Positions 46,901 to 55,384 of a stretch of DNA of 64,000 nt are shown in pieces. The stretch is from contig JBGARZ010000005.1 of the NCBI GenBank assembly GCA_044229975.1, positions 384,001 through 448,000 of the forward strand, given 5' to 3'. Source of the stretch: Polyangiales bacterium. GTDB taxonomy: Bacteria; Myxococcota_A; Polyangia; Polyangiales; Ga0077539. Positions within the stretch are counted from its first letter, which is position 1, and the number at the start of each line of letters is the position of its first letter. Both the position numbers and the translations under genes were made by a program. Under the pieces are notes generated by a model. That model saw only the letters and a list, made by a program, of their open reading frames with translations, had not been told where the DNA came from and did not search any database.

Positions 46901-47309
46901 GAAGAGCGTGGTGCTGGAGGTGGAGGGTGTGCATTCGGGGGTGCTGCTGGCGCTGGAGCGCGGGCTGCACGTGCGGCGCGAGGGGGACCATCGGTCGGTG
47001 GTCGAGGTGCGGCTCCTCACGCGGGGCCTCGGGCTCGACGACAAGGAGTGGGCGCACGCGGCGCTGGTTCCGCCGATGCCGACGGACTTCGAGGCGCTGG
47101 GCAAGCGGCCCGCGGCGCGCACGACGTGGGTCGACCTGTATGTGCAGACGCCAGGGATGCGGAAGGTGGAGCTGCGCAAGGGCCAGCACGCGCACGAGGT
47201 CATCGAGCGCGTGGCGTGTCAGCACCTGTTGGAGTTGGAGTTCGACCCCGACGCGCAGCCCCTGGAGGAGCTCATGGAAGGCCCGCTCGACGAGGGGAAC
47301 GAGGGGTGA
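43935..47309 (+). CDS. ClpA/B-like AAA+ ATPase (degenerate NBD1) with PCRF/RF-like C-terminus; trio subunit 1
   Basis: NBD1 GASLVGRS / VFDNL; NBD2 GPTGVGKT, FDMSEY, LLDEVEKAHP and FRPEFINR; C-terminal PKSVVLEVEG..GVLLALERGLH. Confidence 0.85.
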   Translation: MTTPSIPLRVQLLRLRLTSGRTLLLPIADPRHAVVAEESDALLEAQLFLSEWLATQAPSVVGGFIANPNARVEYVPVPLTREDLPRRFREPVIVCVPCVVLPENNRSWVFVAPLETVVYVGPNASLAETVGAEVSRLVDAWELPPDRRLDLFPLPGAELVATDLVVERRHGRGPDGEASRPRERARSEEKAAALEALRSIGNALDEREATTLAHRDDALRTLSALLDGTQRQSVLLTGASLVGRSALLRAWVARRKADGRPATAFVTSGAQLLAGMSGLGQWEARLKKVLDAAELLDAVLVFDNLGELLTDRPSGGVNLAAALRPALEEGRVRLVGELRDDLVDAGERHHGSFLGNFTRLRVEPLTAAQTLDALQQRAAQEAKAQRDGPALTRDGAETVVDLAARYMAYDAFPGKAFRLLDELRAVVESDRDLTTAHTPAMDRDLVQRAFSRQSGIPAFILRDDLAMRVEEVTASLQKRIVGQTAAVRAMAQTLGVVKAGMQRGGRPLACLLFVGPTGVGKTELARATAHLLYGSDERMIRFDMSEYTDLEAADRLIRGVRGAEGLLTRRIREQPFGVLLLDEVEKAHPAVFDLLLQVLGEGRLTDGQGRTAYFHNAIVVMTSNLGATGMRDPVGIGQAPADMGAHYLRAVESTFRPEFINRLDRVIPFDALGAAEVRAVATMTLTKLAQRRGLDGVTLTVSDAAVDHLSARGYSNRYGARAMRRHLEDHLVAPVAGLANDAVNPGETLLAVRVSLPSEPAEARAEGYRDEVVVGGLRVEVWAAAPREGHEAAALRTELATHRRWVDAALKLPRIDGIRSQVEHLRAQLSYRAAGTTTGTGERNALQREHHQLDTHWTALTRLQHELWSLEELGLEGHLGRDEAKELRAEAEAVRERFEVALAEAMLSSVVGRNGVVLMVSELDDTRGLEPWLEGYDVACEARRWTLDAHLIDMAPERGDEWPAERRWGPPRKLRTVLDLLRAEEDRGPKSVVLEVEGVHSGVLLALERGLHVRREGDHRSVVEVRLLTRGLGLDDKEWAHAALVPPMPTDFEALGKRPAARTTWVDLYVQTPGMRKVELRKGQHAHEVIERVACQHLLELEFDPDAQPLEELMEGPLDEGNEG

Positions 47310-47451
47310 CGTAGCCCGCTAGCAGACCGGGGTTGGTCGCGTCCCGCGCCTGCACCCCGGCACGCGAGCGGGTCCCGCGAGATGTGGCCCGCGACCGGGC
47401 GCGACGTCGTTCCCCCATTCCGACCCTGGATGACGTTATGGTCCGCGCTCC

Positions 47452-50400
47452 ATGGAGGTACGGCTCACCGTCTATCATGTGCGCGAGGGGCAGCGGGTGC
47501 TGTGGGCCCCGCTCGGCCTCGGCGCGCTCTTCCACCGCTTCGAGGGCGCCCACGAGAACAAGCTCCGCGACCAGCTCTCCGTGCACTACCGCGAGGTGCT
47601 GCGCGAGCTCCCCACGGCCGACGTCGCGCGCTTCGAGCTCTCCCGCGGGGCGCGGCTCACCTCCGTACGCGTCGACCTCACGCTCCAGTCCGAGGGCAAG
47701 CGCCACAAGCGCTCGATGACCGTCCCGCTCGTGCTGCTCTCGCGGTGGGTCGGACCGACGCCGCGCGTGACCGTGGCCTTCCACCCGCTGCGCCAAGGCG
47801 ACTGGTTCGCCTTCCGGCCCGAGCACGGAACGCTCGCCGAACACGCCGCGGGGTGCTTCAGCGAGCTGTGGGCGGGCCTCGATCAGGAGACCCTCGACGG
47901 CCTGCGCCACCGACCGCGGTCGGGGTTGCGGGTGGTCTCCTTCAACGCCGCCACGCGCTCCATCCTCGACACGCTCAAGCCCGAGAGCGCCGACCCGCGC
48001 GGCGAGCGGCCGCCCTCGGAGGCCGAGCTCTCGCAGCGACGAACCGGCTACCGCGTGCTCCCGCGCATCGGCGACAACCTCACCCGCCGCGCCATCGACG
48101 GCGACCTCCCCGTGCCCGAGCACGCCTCGCCCGTGCGCGAACGCCTCCGCGCCCAGGTGAGCGCGTCGCCCCCGCGCAGCGTCGTGCTCATCGGGCCGTC
48201 GGGCTCCGGGCGCACCACCGCGCTGCGCGGCCTCGTGCACGACCTGCTGACGGCCGACGACTTCGGCGCCCATCAAAACGCCGACAAGGTGCGCGCCGTC
48301 TGGCAGGTGAGCGGCACGCGCATCATCGCGGGGATGTCCTTCCTCGGCGACTGGGAGGAGCGCTGCGGCGACGTGCTGACGGACGTTCGCACGCGGCGCG
48401 CGGTGCTCGCCGTGGGCGACCTGCACCAGTGGGGACGCGTCGGCCGGTCGAGGGACAGCGACCGCAACCTGGCGGAGTTCTTCCGGGCGCCGGTGTCGCG
48501 CGGGGAGTGCGTGCTGCTGGGCGAGTGCACGGTCGAGCAGTGGCGGCAGTTGGAGGAGGACGCGCCGGCCTTCGCGGCGGCGTTTACCCGCGTGGCGATG
48601 CCCGAGACGTCGGCCGCGGAGACGATGCGGATGCTGCTCCACGAGTCGCGCTCGCTGGAGCTCACCTACGGCATGCGCATCCCCGCCGAGGGCCTGCGCA
48701 CGCTGCTGGAGGTGGGCGGTCCGCTGTTTCCGCACCGGGCGTTGCCGGGGAGGGTGTTCGACCTCCTGCACGCGGCGCTGCGCGACTGCAACGGGGCCTC
48801 CATGGCGAGCGAGGACGACCTTCCGCTGCAACGCGCCGAGGCGCTCTCGCGGGCGGGCGCGCCGACCTTCAGCGAAGACAGCGCCCTCGACTGGATCTCC
48901 ACGCGCACCGGCTTTCCGCTCGGTCTCCTGCGCACGGACATCCCGCTGTCTGCCAACGACGTGCGCGCGGCGATGACAGACCGGGTGCTGGGACAGCCCG
49001 CCGGGGTCGAGGCCGTGGTCGACCTCGCGATGCGTATTCGCCAGGGGCTGAGCGACCCGAAGCGACCGCTGGCCGTGTACCTGTTCACGGGACCGACGGG
49101 CACCGGCAAGACCGAGCTCGCGCGGGCCATGGCGGCGTTTCTGTACAGCTCCCCGGAGAGGCTGTTGCGCCTCGACATGGGCGAGTACGCGACGGCCGAC
49201 GCGGCGGCGCGGCTCATCGGCGATCGGTGGTCCCCGGAGGGTCTGCTCACCCGACACGCGGCGCAGCAGCCCTTCGGCGTGGTGCTCTTCGACGAGATCG
49301 AGAAGGCCCATCCGCAGGTGCACAACCTGCTGCTCCAGCTCTTCGACGAGGGACGCCTCACCGACGCGGGTGGGGTCACGGCCAACTTCACCCACGCGGT
49401 CATCGTGATGACCTCCAACCTGGGCGCGCGGCGCGAGTCCGTGGTGGGCGTCGGCGTCGATCCGGTGGCGTCGTCGCACGACCACCTGCGCGCGGTGCAG
49501 GAGTTCTTTCCGCCGGAGCTGTTCAACCGCATCGACCGGGTGGTGGCCTTCTCGGCGCTCACGCCGGAGGTCGCGCGGGTGGTCGCGTCGCGGGAGCTCA
49601 CCCGGCTCGCCGCCCGCCCCGGACTGGTCGATCGCGGGGTGTTCGTGTCGTGGACCGACGCGCTGCTCGATCGTGTGGTGAGCGAGGCCTTTCGCGCGGA
49701 GGACGGCGCCCGCTCGCTCAAGCGCTACCTCGAAGACCGCGTCGGATCGGCGCTCACCGACCACCTCGTGCGAGAACCGCGGGCCGACCTGACGCTCCTG
49801 CGCGTGGACGTGGGTGACGCGCCGGGCAGCTTCACGATGAACGCGCGAGCGCTGCGCGAGGCCGAGCCGTTGGCGGCGCGGTATCCGTTGGAGGAGCTCG
49901 CGGAGGCCGACCGCGCGACGCTGGCGACGAGGGTGCGCCGGGCGTTGGTGGTGCTGGAGTCGGCGATGGGCTCGACGGACTTCGAGGAGCTGTCGCGGAA
50001 GATCCACGAGCGGGTGGAGGCGCACCGGGCGGGCGACCGCGCGGCGAGCGACTCCGCGTTTCACCTGGACGCGTTGCGCGCGCACGGCGACGCGCTGCAC
50101 GAGCGGCTCACGACGCTGGCGCGAAGGGTGTCCGAGGCGACGGACTGGGAGCTCGCGGAGGTCGACGCGGAGGGACGGCTCACCTACGGGGTGGACCAGC
50201 TCCCGGTGCGGGCCGAGCTGCTGGCGGCGATCGCGGAGGTGGCGGCGCTCACGCGAGCATTGCGAGAGGTGGACGACCCGACGCAGCACGCGGTGATGAT
50301 CACGCTGAGCCCGCTGGAGGGCGTCGGCAGCAGCATGGTGGGGCTCATCAACGCGCTGGCGTACGTGTACAGCCGGGCGCGCGGAAGGGTCGAAGCGAGC

Positions 50401-50775
50401 GGGGCGGACTCGGTGCGCGGGCAGCGGATCGCGCTGAAGGTGGTGGGGCTGTCGGTGCGGTCGTTCTTCGAGCACGAGGAGGGGGTGCACCTGTGGCACA
50501 CGCCCGACGGGCCGCCGATGATCGCGGTGGTGCGGGTGCGTCCGGCGCTGGCGGGCGAGACCCCGGAAGACGCGCTCGCGACGCTGGACCGCGACTTCGA
50601 TCCGGCGCTGCGGGTGGTGCGATCGATCCGCTACGACCCGACGCGGCGACCGGGCCCGCTGACGCTGGAGGACTACGTGATGGGCACCACCCGCGCGGTG
50701 AGCGCATCGCGCGTGACGGACCCGCTGCCCGCCCTCTGGATGGCCCGCATGGCGCGCGAGGAGGAGGCGTCGTGA
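47452..50775 (+). CDS. ClpA/B-like AAA+ ATPase (degenerate NBD1) with PCRF/RF-like C-terminus; trio subunit 2
   Basis: NBD1 GPSGSGRT / AVGDLH; NBD2 GPTGTGKT, LFDEIEKAHP and FPPELFNR; C-terminal IALKVVG...FEHEEGVHLW...VVRSIRY. Confidence 0.85.
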   Translation: MEVRLTVYHVREGQRVLWAPLGLGALFHRFEGAHENKLRDQLSVHYREVLRELPTADVARFELSRGARLTSVRVDLTLQSEGKRHKRSMTVPLVLLSRWVGPTPRVTVAFHPLRQGDWFAFRPEHGTLAEHAAGCFSELWAGLDQETLDGLRHRPRSGLRVVSFNAATRSILDTLKPESADPRGERPPSEAELSQRRTGYRVLPRIGDNLTRRAIDGDLPVPEHASPVRERLRAQVSASPPRSVVLIGPSGSGRTTALRGLVHDLLTADDFGAHQNADKVRAVWQVSGTRIIAGMSFLGDWEERCGDVLTDVRTRRAVLAVGDLHQWGRVGRSRDSDRNLAEFFRAPVSRGECVLLGECTVEQWRQLEEDAPAFAAAFTRVAMPETSAAETMRMLLHESRSLELTYGMRIPAEGLRTLLEVGGPLFPHRALPGRVFDLLHAALRDCNGASMASEDDLPLQRAEALSRAGAPTFSEDSALDWISTRTGFPLGLLRTDIPLSANDVRAAMTDRVLGQPAGVEAVVDLAMRIRQGLSDPKRPLAVYLFTGPTGTGKTELARAMAAFLYSSPERLLRLDMGEYATADAAARLIGDRWSPEGLLTRHAAQQPFGVVLFDEIEKAHPQVHNLLLQLFDEGRLTDAGGVTANFTHAVIVMTSNLGARRESVVGVGVDPVASSHDHLRAVQEFFPPELFNRIDRVVAFSALTPEVARVVASRELTRLAARPGLVDRGVFVSWTDALLDRVVSEAFRAEDGARSLKRYLEDRVGSALTDHLVREPRADLTLLRVDVGDAPGSFTMNARALREAEPLAARYPLEELAEADRATLATRVRRALVVLESAMGSTDFEELSRKIHERVEAHRAGDRAASDSAFHLDALRAHGDALHERLTTLARRVSEATDWELAEVDAEGRLTYGVDQLPVRAELLAAIAEVAALTRALREVDDPTQHAVMITLSPLEGVGSSMVGLINALAYVYSRARGRVEASGADSVRGQRIALKVVGLSVRSFFEHEEGVHLWHTPDGPPMIAVVRVRPALAGETPEDALATLDRDFDPALRVVRSIRYDPTRRPGPLTLEDYVMGTTRAVSASRVTDPLPALWMARMAREEEAS

Positions 50776-53045
50776 GCGCGAAGCCGGGCTGCCGGGTGTA
50801 CTTCGTCCCGCACGAGGGCGGGCTCGTGAGCGGGACCCTCATCGGGATGCTCGGGCCCTTCGAGGAGCCGCCGAGCGCCATCGGGCGCAGCGGCGACGAG
50901 GTGCTCAAGCAGTTGGAGGTGCTGCTCCAGCGGGCCATCGCGCACAACCCGGGGGTGCTCGACCGGTACCTGTGGGACGTCCCGTTTGCGACGCGCGAGG
51001 TGACCGTCGACGTGCACCCGCAGGTCGCCAAGGAGAAGCGCATCGTCATCGGGGCGGGCGAGATTCCACTGCGGCTCACCTACGCCTGGAGCGCCCTCAA
51101 GCGCGGCGGGTATCGCGTGATGCTGCCGCGCTTCGGGTGGTCGTTCGTGGTGGAGCGGCTGGAGATCGCCCCGGAGGTGTTGCGCCACGCGGTGAGCACG
51201 GTGCTACTCGGGCAGAGCCCCGGCGCGCTGATGACCTTTCAGCGCCACGGTGACGAGTGGGTGAGCGAGTGGACCCCGAGGGTCATCGACCCCGACCTCG
51301 ACGAGGAGTCTGGAGCAGCGCTCGCGAGGGAGTTTCCGACGGTGACCGCCGTGGCCGACGAGTGGGTCGAGCGGGTGGCGCGCCGACGGTTGACGATGCC
51401 CGTGGGCGACGACCCCACGCTGGCCCAGCTCGCCGCGATCACGTCACGACAGCCGATGCCCTCGGTGCTGCTGGTGGGTCCGACGGGCGTGGGCAAGACC
51501 ACGCTGGTGCGTCGGCTCGCGCGGCACCTCCTCATCGAGCGGCGGGCGCACCCCGACCGGCACGTCGCGCGGCTCTGGTCGACCTCGGCCACGCGGCTCA
51601 TCGCAGGCATGACCTACGTGGGCATGTGGCAGGAGCGCTGCCTCTCCCTCGTCAAGGAACTCTCCCACGAAGGCGACCTCCTCTTCGTCGACCGGCTCGT
51701 GCCGCTGCTCCAACCGCAGCCCGACGGCGGGTCCATCGGCGAGGTGCTGCTACCCGCCGCGCGCGAGGGTCTCATCTCCGTCGTAGCGGAGTGCACCCGC
51801 GCCGAGCTGGAGGCGTGTCGTCGTCGCTTCGGCGGAGCGCTGGAGGTCTTCCAGGTGGTGCACGTCGAGGAGCCCGAGGCCGCGGCGATGCTGCGCTTCG
51901 TCCCGGTGTACGCGCAGCGCAAGCTGCCCACCTACGCGCTCCCGCCCTCGTCGGTGCGGAGGCTCACCACGCACCTCGCCGCGCTCCAACGCGACGCGGC
52001 GTTTCCGGGCAAGGCGGTGCGCTTCCTCGACTGGATCGCCGCCGCCCACGACCCGACGGACACCTCCGCGCACACGCTGTCGCCGCGGGACGTGTCGTCG
52101 CGCTTCGCGAAGTTCTCGGGCATCCCCGAGGAGCTCATCGCCGACGAGCACGCCGTCACACCCGAAGGGCTCGCTGCAACACTGCAACGCTCCGTCATCG
52201 GACAGGACCCGGCGTGTCAGTCGGCCGCCCGCGTGCTCGCTCGCTTGAAGGCGGGGCTCAACGACCCCGAGCGACCAGTGGGGACGCTGCTCTTCCTGGG
52301 GCCGACGGGTGTGGGCAAGACCGAGCTCGCGCGGGCGATGGCGACGTACCTCTTCGGCGACCCGGCGCGGATGATCCGTCTCGACATGAGCGAGTACATG
52401 TTCGCGGGGTCGGGGCAGCGCATGCTGGCGGTGGGACAGGGCTCGCAGAGCCTCGCGACGAAGGTGCGCGAGCGACCATTGTCGTTGGTGCTCTTCGACG
52501 AGATCGAGAAGGCCCACCCGGAGGTCTTCGACCTGTTGTTGGGCATGCTCGGCGAGGGACGCCTCACGGACTCCTTCGGGACGAGCGTCGACTGCCGGAT
52601 GACGGTGGTGGTGATGACGTCCAACCTCGGGGTGAGCGAGTCGCGCGCGGTGGGCTTCGGCGATGCGGGCGGCGGCGACAGCGCGATGCGCGCGGCGCGG
52701 CGACACTTCCGACCGGAGTTCTTCAACCGGCTCGACCAGGTGATCGGGTTCAACACGCTGACGCCGGGGGACGTGCTTCGCATCGTCGACCTGGAGCTGA
52801 CTCGCGCCGAGGGTCGCGCGGGCCTCCAGCGGCGGCGCGTGAAGCTGTCGGTCGATGCGGCGGCGCGCGAAGAGCTCGCGCGGCTGGGCTGGCATCCGAC
52901 GCGGGGCGCGCGACCGTTGCAGCGGGTGATCGAGGAGCGGGTGATCGCCCCGGTGGCGGCCCACCTCGCGGCCAATCCGGGGTTGCACGACACGGTGCTC
53001 CAGGTGGACGCCCGCGGCGTGGTGACGGGACGAGGTGACGCGTGA
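50772..53045 (+). CDS. ClpA/B-like AAA+ ATPase without RF module; trio subunit 3
   Basis: GTGA overlap with the upstream gene; GPTGVGKT twice, LDMSEY, LFDEIEKAHP, AVGFG and RGARPLQR. Confidence 0.88.
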   Translation: MSAKPGCRVYFVPHEGGLVSGTLIGMLGPFEEPPSAIGRSGDEVLKQLEVLLQRAIAHNPGVLDRYLWDVPFATREVTVDVHPQVAKEKRIVIGAGEIPLRLTYAWSALKRGGYRVMLPRFGWSFVVERLEIAPEVLRHAVSTVLLGQSPGALMTFQRHGDEWVSEWTPRVIDPDLDEESGAALAREFPTVTAVADEWVERVARRRLTMPVGDDPTLAQLAAITSRQPMPSVLLVGPTGVGKTTLVRRLARHLLIERRAHPDRHVARLWSTSATRLIAGMTYVGMWQERCLSLVKELSHEGDLLFVDRLVPLLQPQPDGGSIGEVLLPAAREGLISVVAECTRAELEACRRRFGGALEVFQVVHVEEPEAAAMLRFVPVYAQRKLPTYALPPSSVRRLTTHLAALQRDAAFPGKAVRFLDWIAAAHDPTDTSAHTLSPRDVSSRFAKFSGIPEELIADEHAVTPEGLAATLQRSVIGQDPACQSAARVLARLKAGLNDPERPVGTLLFLGPTGVGKTELARAMATYLFGDPARMIRLDMSEYMFAGSGQRMLAVGQGSQSLATKVRERPLSLVLFDEIEKAHPEVFDLLLGMLGEGRLTDSFGTSVDCRMTVVVMTSNLGVSESRAVGFGDAGGGDSAMRAARRHFRPEFFNRLDQVIGFNTLTPGDVLRIVDLELTRAEGRAGLQRRRVKLSVDAAAREELARLGWHPTRGARPLQRVIEERVIAPVAAHLAANPGLHDTVLQVDARGVVTGRGDA

Positions 53046-55297
53046 AGCGGTGGGTAGCGGCGCTGCTGGTGTTTCTCACGGGCGGCGCGGCGCTCATCTA
53101 CGAGCTGGCGTGGACGCGCTGGCTCACGCTGACGCTGGGCGCGAGCGCGCGGAGCCTCGCGGTGGTGACCGCGAGCACGATGCTGGGCTTCGGCGTGGGC
53201 GCGGGGTTGCTCGGCGCGCGCATCGACCGGACGTCGCGTCCGCTGCGGATGTACGGGCTGCTGGAGATTGCCATCGGCGTGAGCGCGGCGATGGTGACGG
53301 CGGTGCTGCGGGCGGCCCCGATGGCGCACTGGAGCGCCGACCTGCCGCACTGGGCCGTCGCGCTGGTGGTGCTGGTGCTGGTGGGGATTCCGACGGCGTT
53401 CATGGGGGTGACCATCCCGGCGCTGGTGGCGCACCTCGGGCGCGGTGACGCCGCCACCACCCGCGGCGCCTTCGGAACGCTCTACGCCGCCAACACCGCC
53501 GGCGCCGTACTGGGAACGCTCGCCGCCGGCTTCGTTCTCATCGAGGCGCTCGGCTACACGGGTGCCTCGGCCATCGGCATCGGGCTCAACCTGCTGGTGG
53601 GCGCCGTCGCGGTCGCGAGCGATCGCGGGGATGCACCCGCCGCGACGACCGAAGCGCCCGTCGAAGAGGAGTCACCCGCGGCGGCCTACGACCCGAAGGT
53701 GGCGCGGGCGGCGTTGATGGCGGCGACCGTGTCGGGCTTCGGCGTGATGGCCCACGAGGTCATCTCGTCGCGGCTGCTGGTCTACGGGTTCTTCGCGACG
53801 ACGCACGCCATCGCCATCATCCTGGCGGTGTTTCTCGGCGGCCTCTCGCTGGGCGCGCGCATCATCGCGGGGCCGATGCGCCGCGGCACCGTCGGCGTGG
53901 TGCACCTGGGCGGAGCGCTGCTGGCATCGGGTGCGTTGTCGCTCGCGCTGGCGCCGTCGCTCACGCAGACCGCCGCGCTGGTCGACGCCCTCCGCGGGAC
54001 GCGCCCCGAGTGGTCGGTGCGGCTGGGCATCGAGGCGCTGGTGGCGTCGGCCGTGCTGCTGCCCGCTGCGGTGGTGATGGGGCTGGTGTTTCCGCTGGCG
54101 GCGGGCCTCTACGCGAGCGCGAAGAGCCCGGGCGCGACGCTGGGGCGCGCGGTGCTGAGCAACACCATGGCGGGCGTGGTCGGGGCGCTGGGCGCGGGCT
54201 TCGTGCTGGTTCCGTTGTTTGGCGTGCGCGGCTCCATCGTGGCGGTGGCGCTGGTGCAGGCCGCGTCGGGCGCGTGGATCGTCGCCACCCACGCGACGGT
54301 GAAGCGGGTCGCGGCGATGGGTGTCGGCGTGGCGATCGCGGTCGCGGTGGGCGGCGCGCTGTGGGCGCAGAAGCCACGCACGGGCGGCGTCCCGGGCGAG
54401 ACGACGCTGGTGGCGCAGCACGTCGTGGGTCACGAAGAGGACTACCGGGTGCGCTGCTACCGGGAGGGACCGACGGCCATCACGGAGGTGCTGGAGCACA
54501 TGCCATCGGGGCGGCGCGACGTGGTCATCGACGGCTTCGTGGCAGCGGGCAACGACGGCAGCGCTGGGTACATGGACCTGATGGGACGCGTCCCGATGAC
54601 GCTGCACCCGGCTCCGCGAAGGGCGCTGGTGATCTGCTTCGGGACGGGCGCGACGTCGCGGGCGGTGGCGTCGTTCCCGGAGGCATCGGTCGACATCGTG
54701 GACATCAACCCCGACGTGTTCGCGTGCGCGCCGTCGTTTCCGGCCAACGTCGCGCTGCTGCGGCGGGCGCACACGCACGTCGAGGACGGTCGGGCCTTCC
54801 TGCGGCGCTCGTCGGGCGCCCGCTACGACGTCATCACGCAGGAGCCGATGCCGCCGCACTTCGCGGGCGTCGCGGCGCTCTATTCGGAGGAGTACTACCG
54901 CCTCGCGCGGGCCCGCCTCGCCGACGACGGGGTGATGGTGCAGTGGCTGCCGATGCACCTGACGGCGCCCGACGACGCGCGCCAGATCGCAGCGGCAGCG
55001 CTCAGGGTGTTTCCCGAGACGTGGCTGGCCATCGCGCCGGGGGATTTCACCGGGCTGCTGGTGTCGTCGCCGCGGCCGATCCCAGCCGCGCGGCGGGCCG
55101 TGGTGGAGGCCGAGCTCAGGACGGCCTTCGCGCTCGACCCGGCGCACCTGCGGCGCTTCATCGACGGCGCGGGGCCCACGACGGACGACCGGCCGTCGCT
55201 CGAATACAACGGCGTCGACCGCGTGCTCGATCGGTTCAGGAGCCCGGCGCGGATGCTCCGGTACAACCTCCGTCGGGTGGTGGCGGCGGGGCGGTAG
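53042..55297 (+). CDS. Fused MFS-like membrane domain / spermidine synthase-like protein
   Basis: GGAALIYELAWTR, LYAANTAGA, about 12 TM helices; ICFGTGAT, VDINP, EDGRAFL and YDVITQEP. GTGA overlap with Clp subunit 3. Confidence 0.88.
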   Translation: MKRWVAALLVFLTGGAALIYELAWTRWLTLTLGASARSLAVVTASTMLGFGVGAGLLGARIDRTSRPLRMYGLLEIAIGVSAAMVTAVLRAAPMAHWSADLPHWAVALVVLVLVGIPTAFMGVTIPALVAHLGRGDAATTRGAFGTLYAANTAGAVLGTLAAGFVLIEALGYTGASAIGIGLNLLVGAVAVASDRGDAPAATTEAPVEEESPAAAYDPKVARAALMAATVSGFGVMAHEVISSRLLVYGFFATTHAIAIILAVFLGGLSLGARIIAGPMRRGTVGVVHLGGALLASGALSLALAPSLTQTAALVDALRGTRPEWSVRLGIEALVASAVLLPAAVVMGLVFPLAAGLYASAKSPGATLGRAVLSNTMAGVVGALGAGFVLVPLFGVRGSIVAVALVQAASGAWIVATHATVKRVAAMGVGVAIAVAVGGALWAQKPRTGGVPGETTLVAQHVVGHEEDYRVRCYREGPTAITEVLEHMPSGRRDVVIDGFVAAGNDGSAGYMDLMGRVPMTLHPAPRRALVICFGTGATSRAVASFPEASVDIVDINPDVFACAPSFPANVALLRRAHTHVEDGRAFLRRSSGARYDVITQEPMPPHFAGVAALYSEEYYRLARARLADDGVMVQWLPMHLTAPDDARQIAAAALRVFPETWLAIAPGDFTGLLVSSPRPIPAARRAVVEAELRTAFALDPAHLRRFIDGAGPTTDDRPSLEYNGVDRVLDRFRSPARMLRYNLRRVVAAGR

Positions 55298-55384
55298 AGC
55301 GGCGCGGAATCAAACCCCCACGAAAGGGGTGTCCCCAAAGATTCCGGTGCTCCGTACGAGCGTGTTAGCGTCGCGCGGCCCGCG

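Noticed and set aside
43935..53045. Canonical clpA/clpB/clpC or T6SS clpV
   Set aside because: No Clp_N repeats or M-domain, degenerate NBD1, no GYVG loop, and no T6SS genes nearby.
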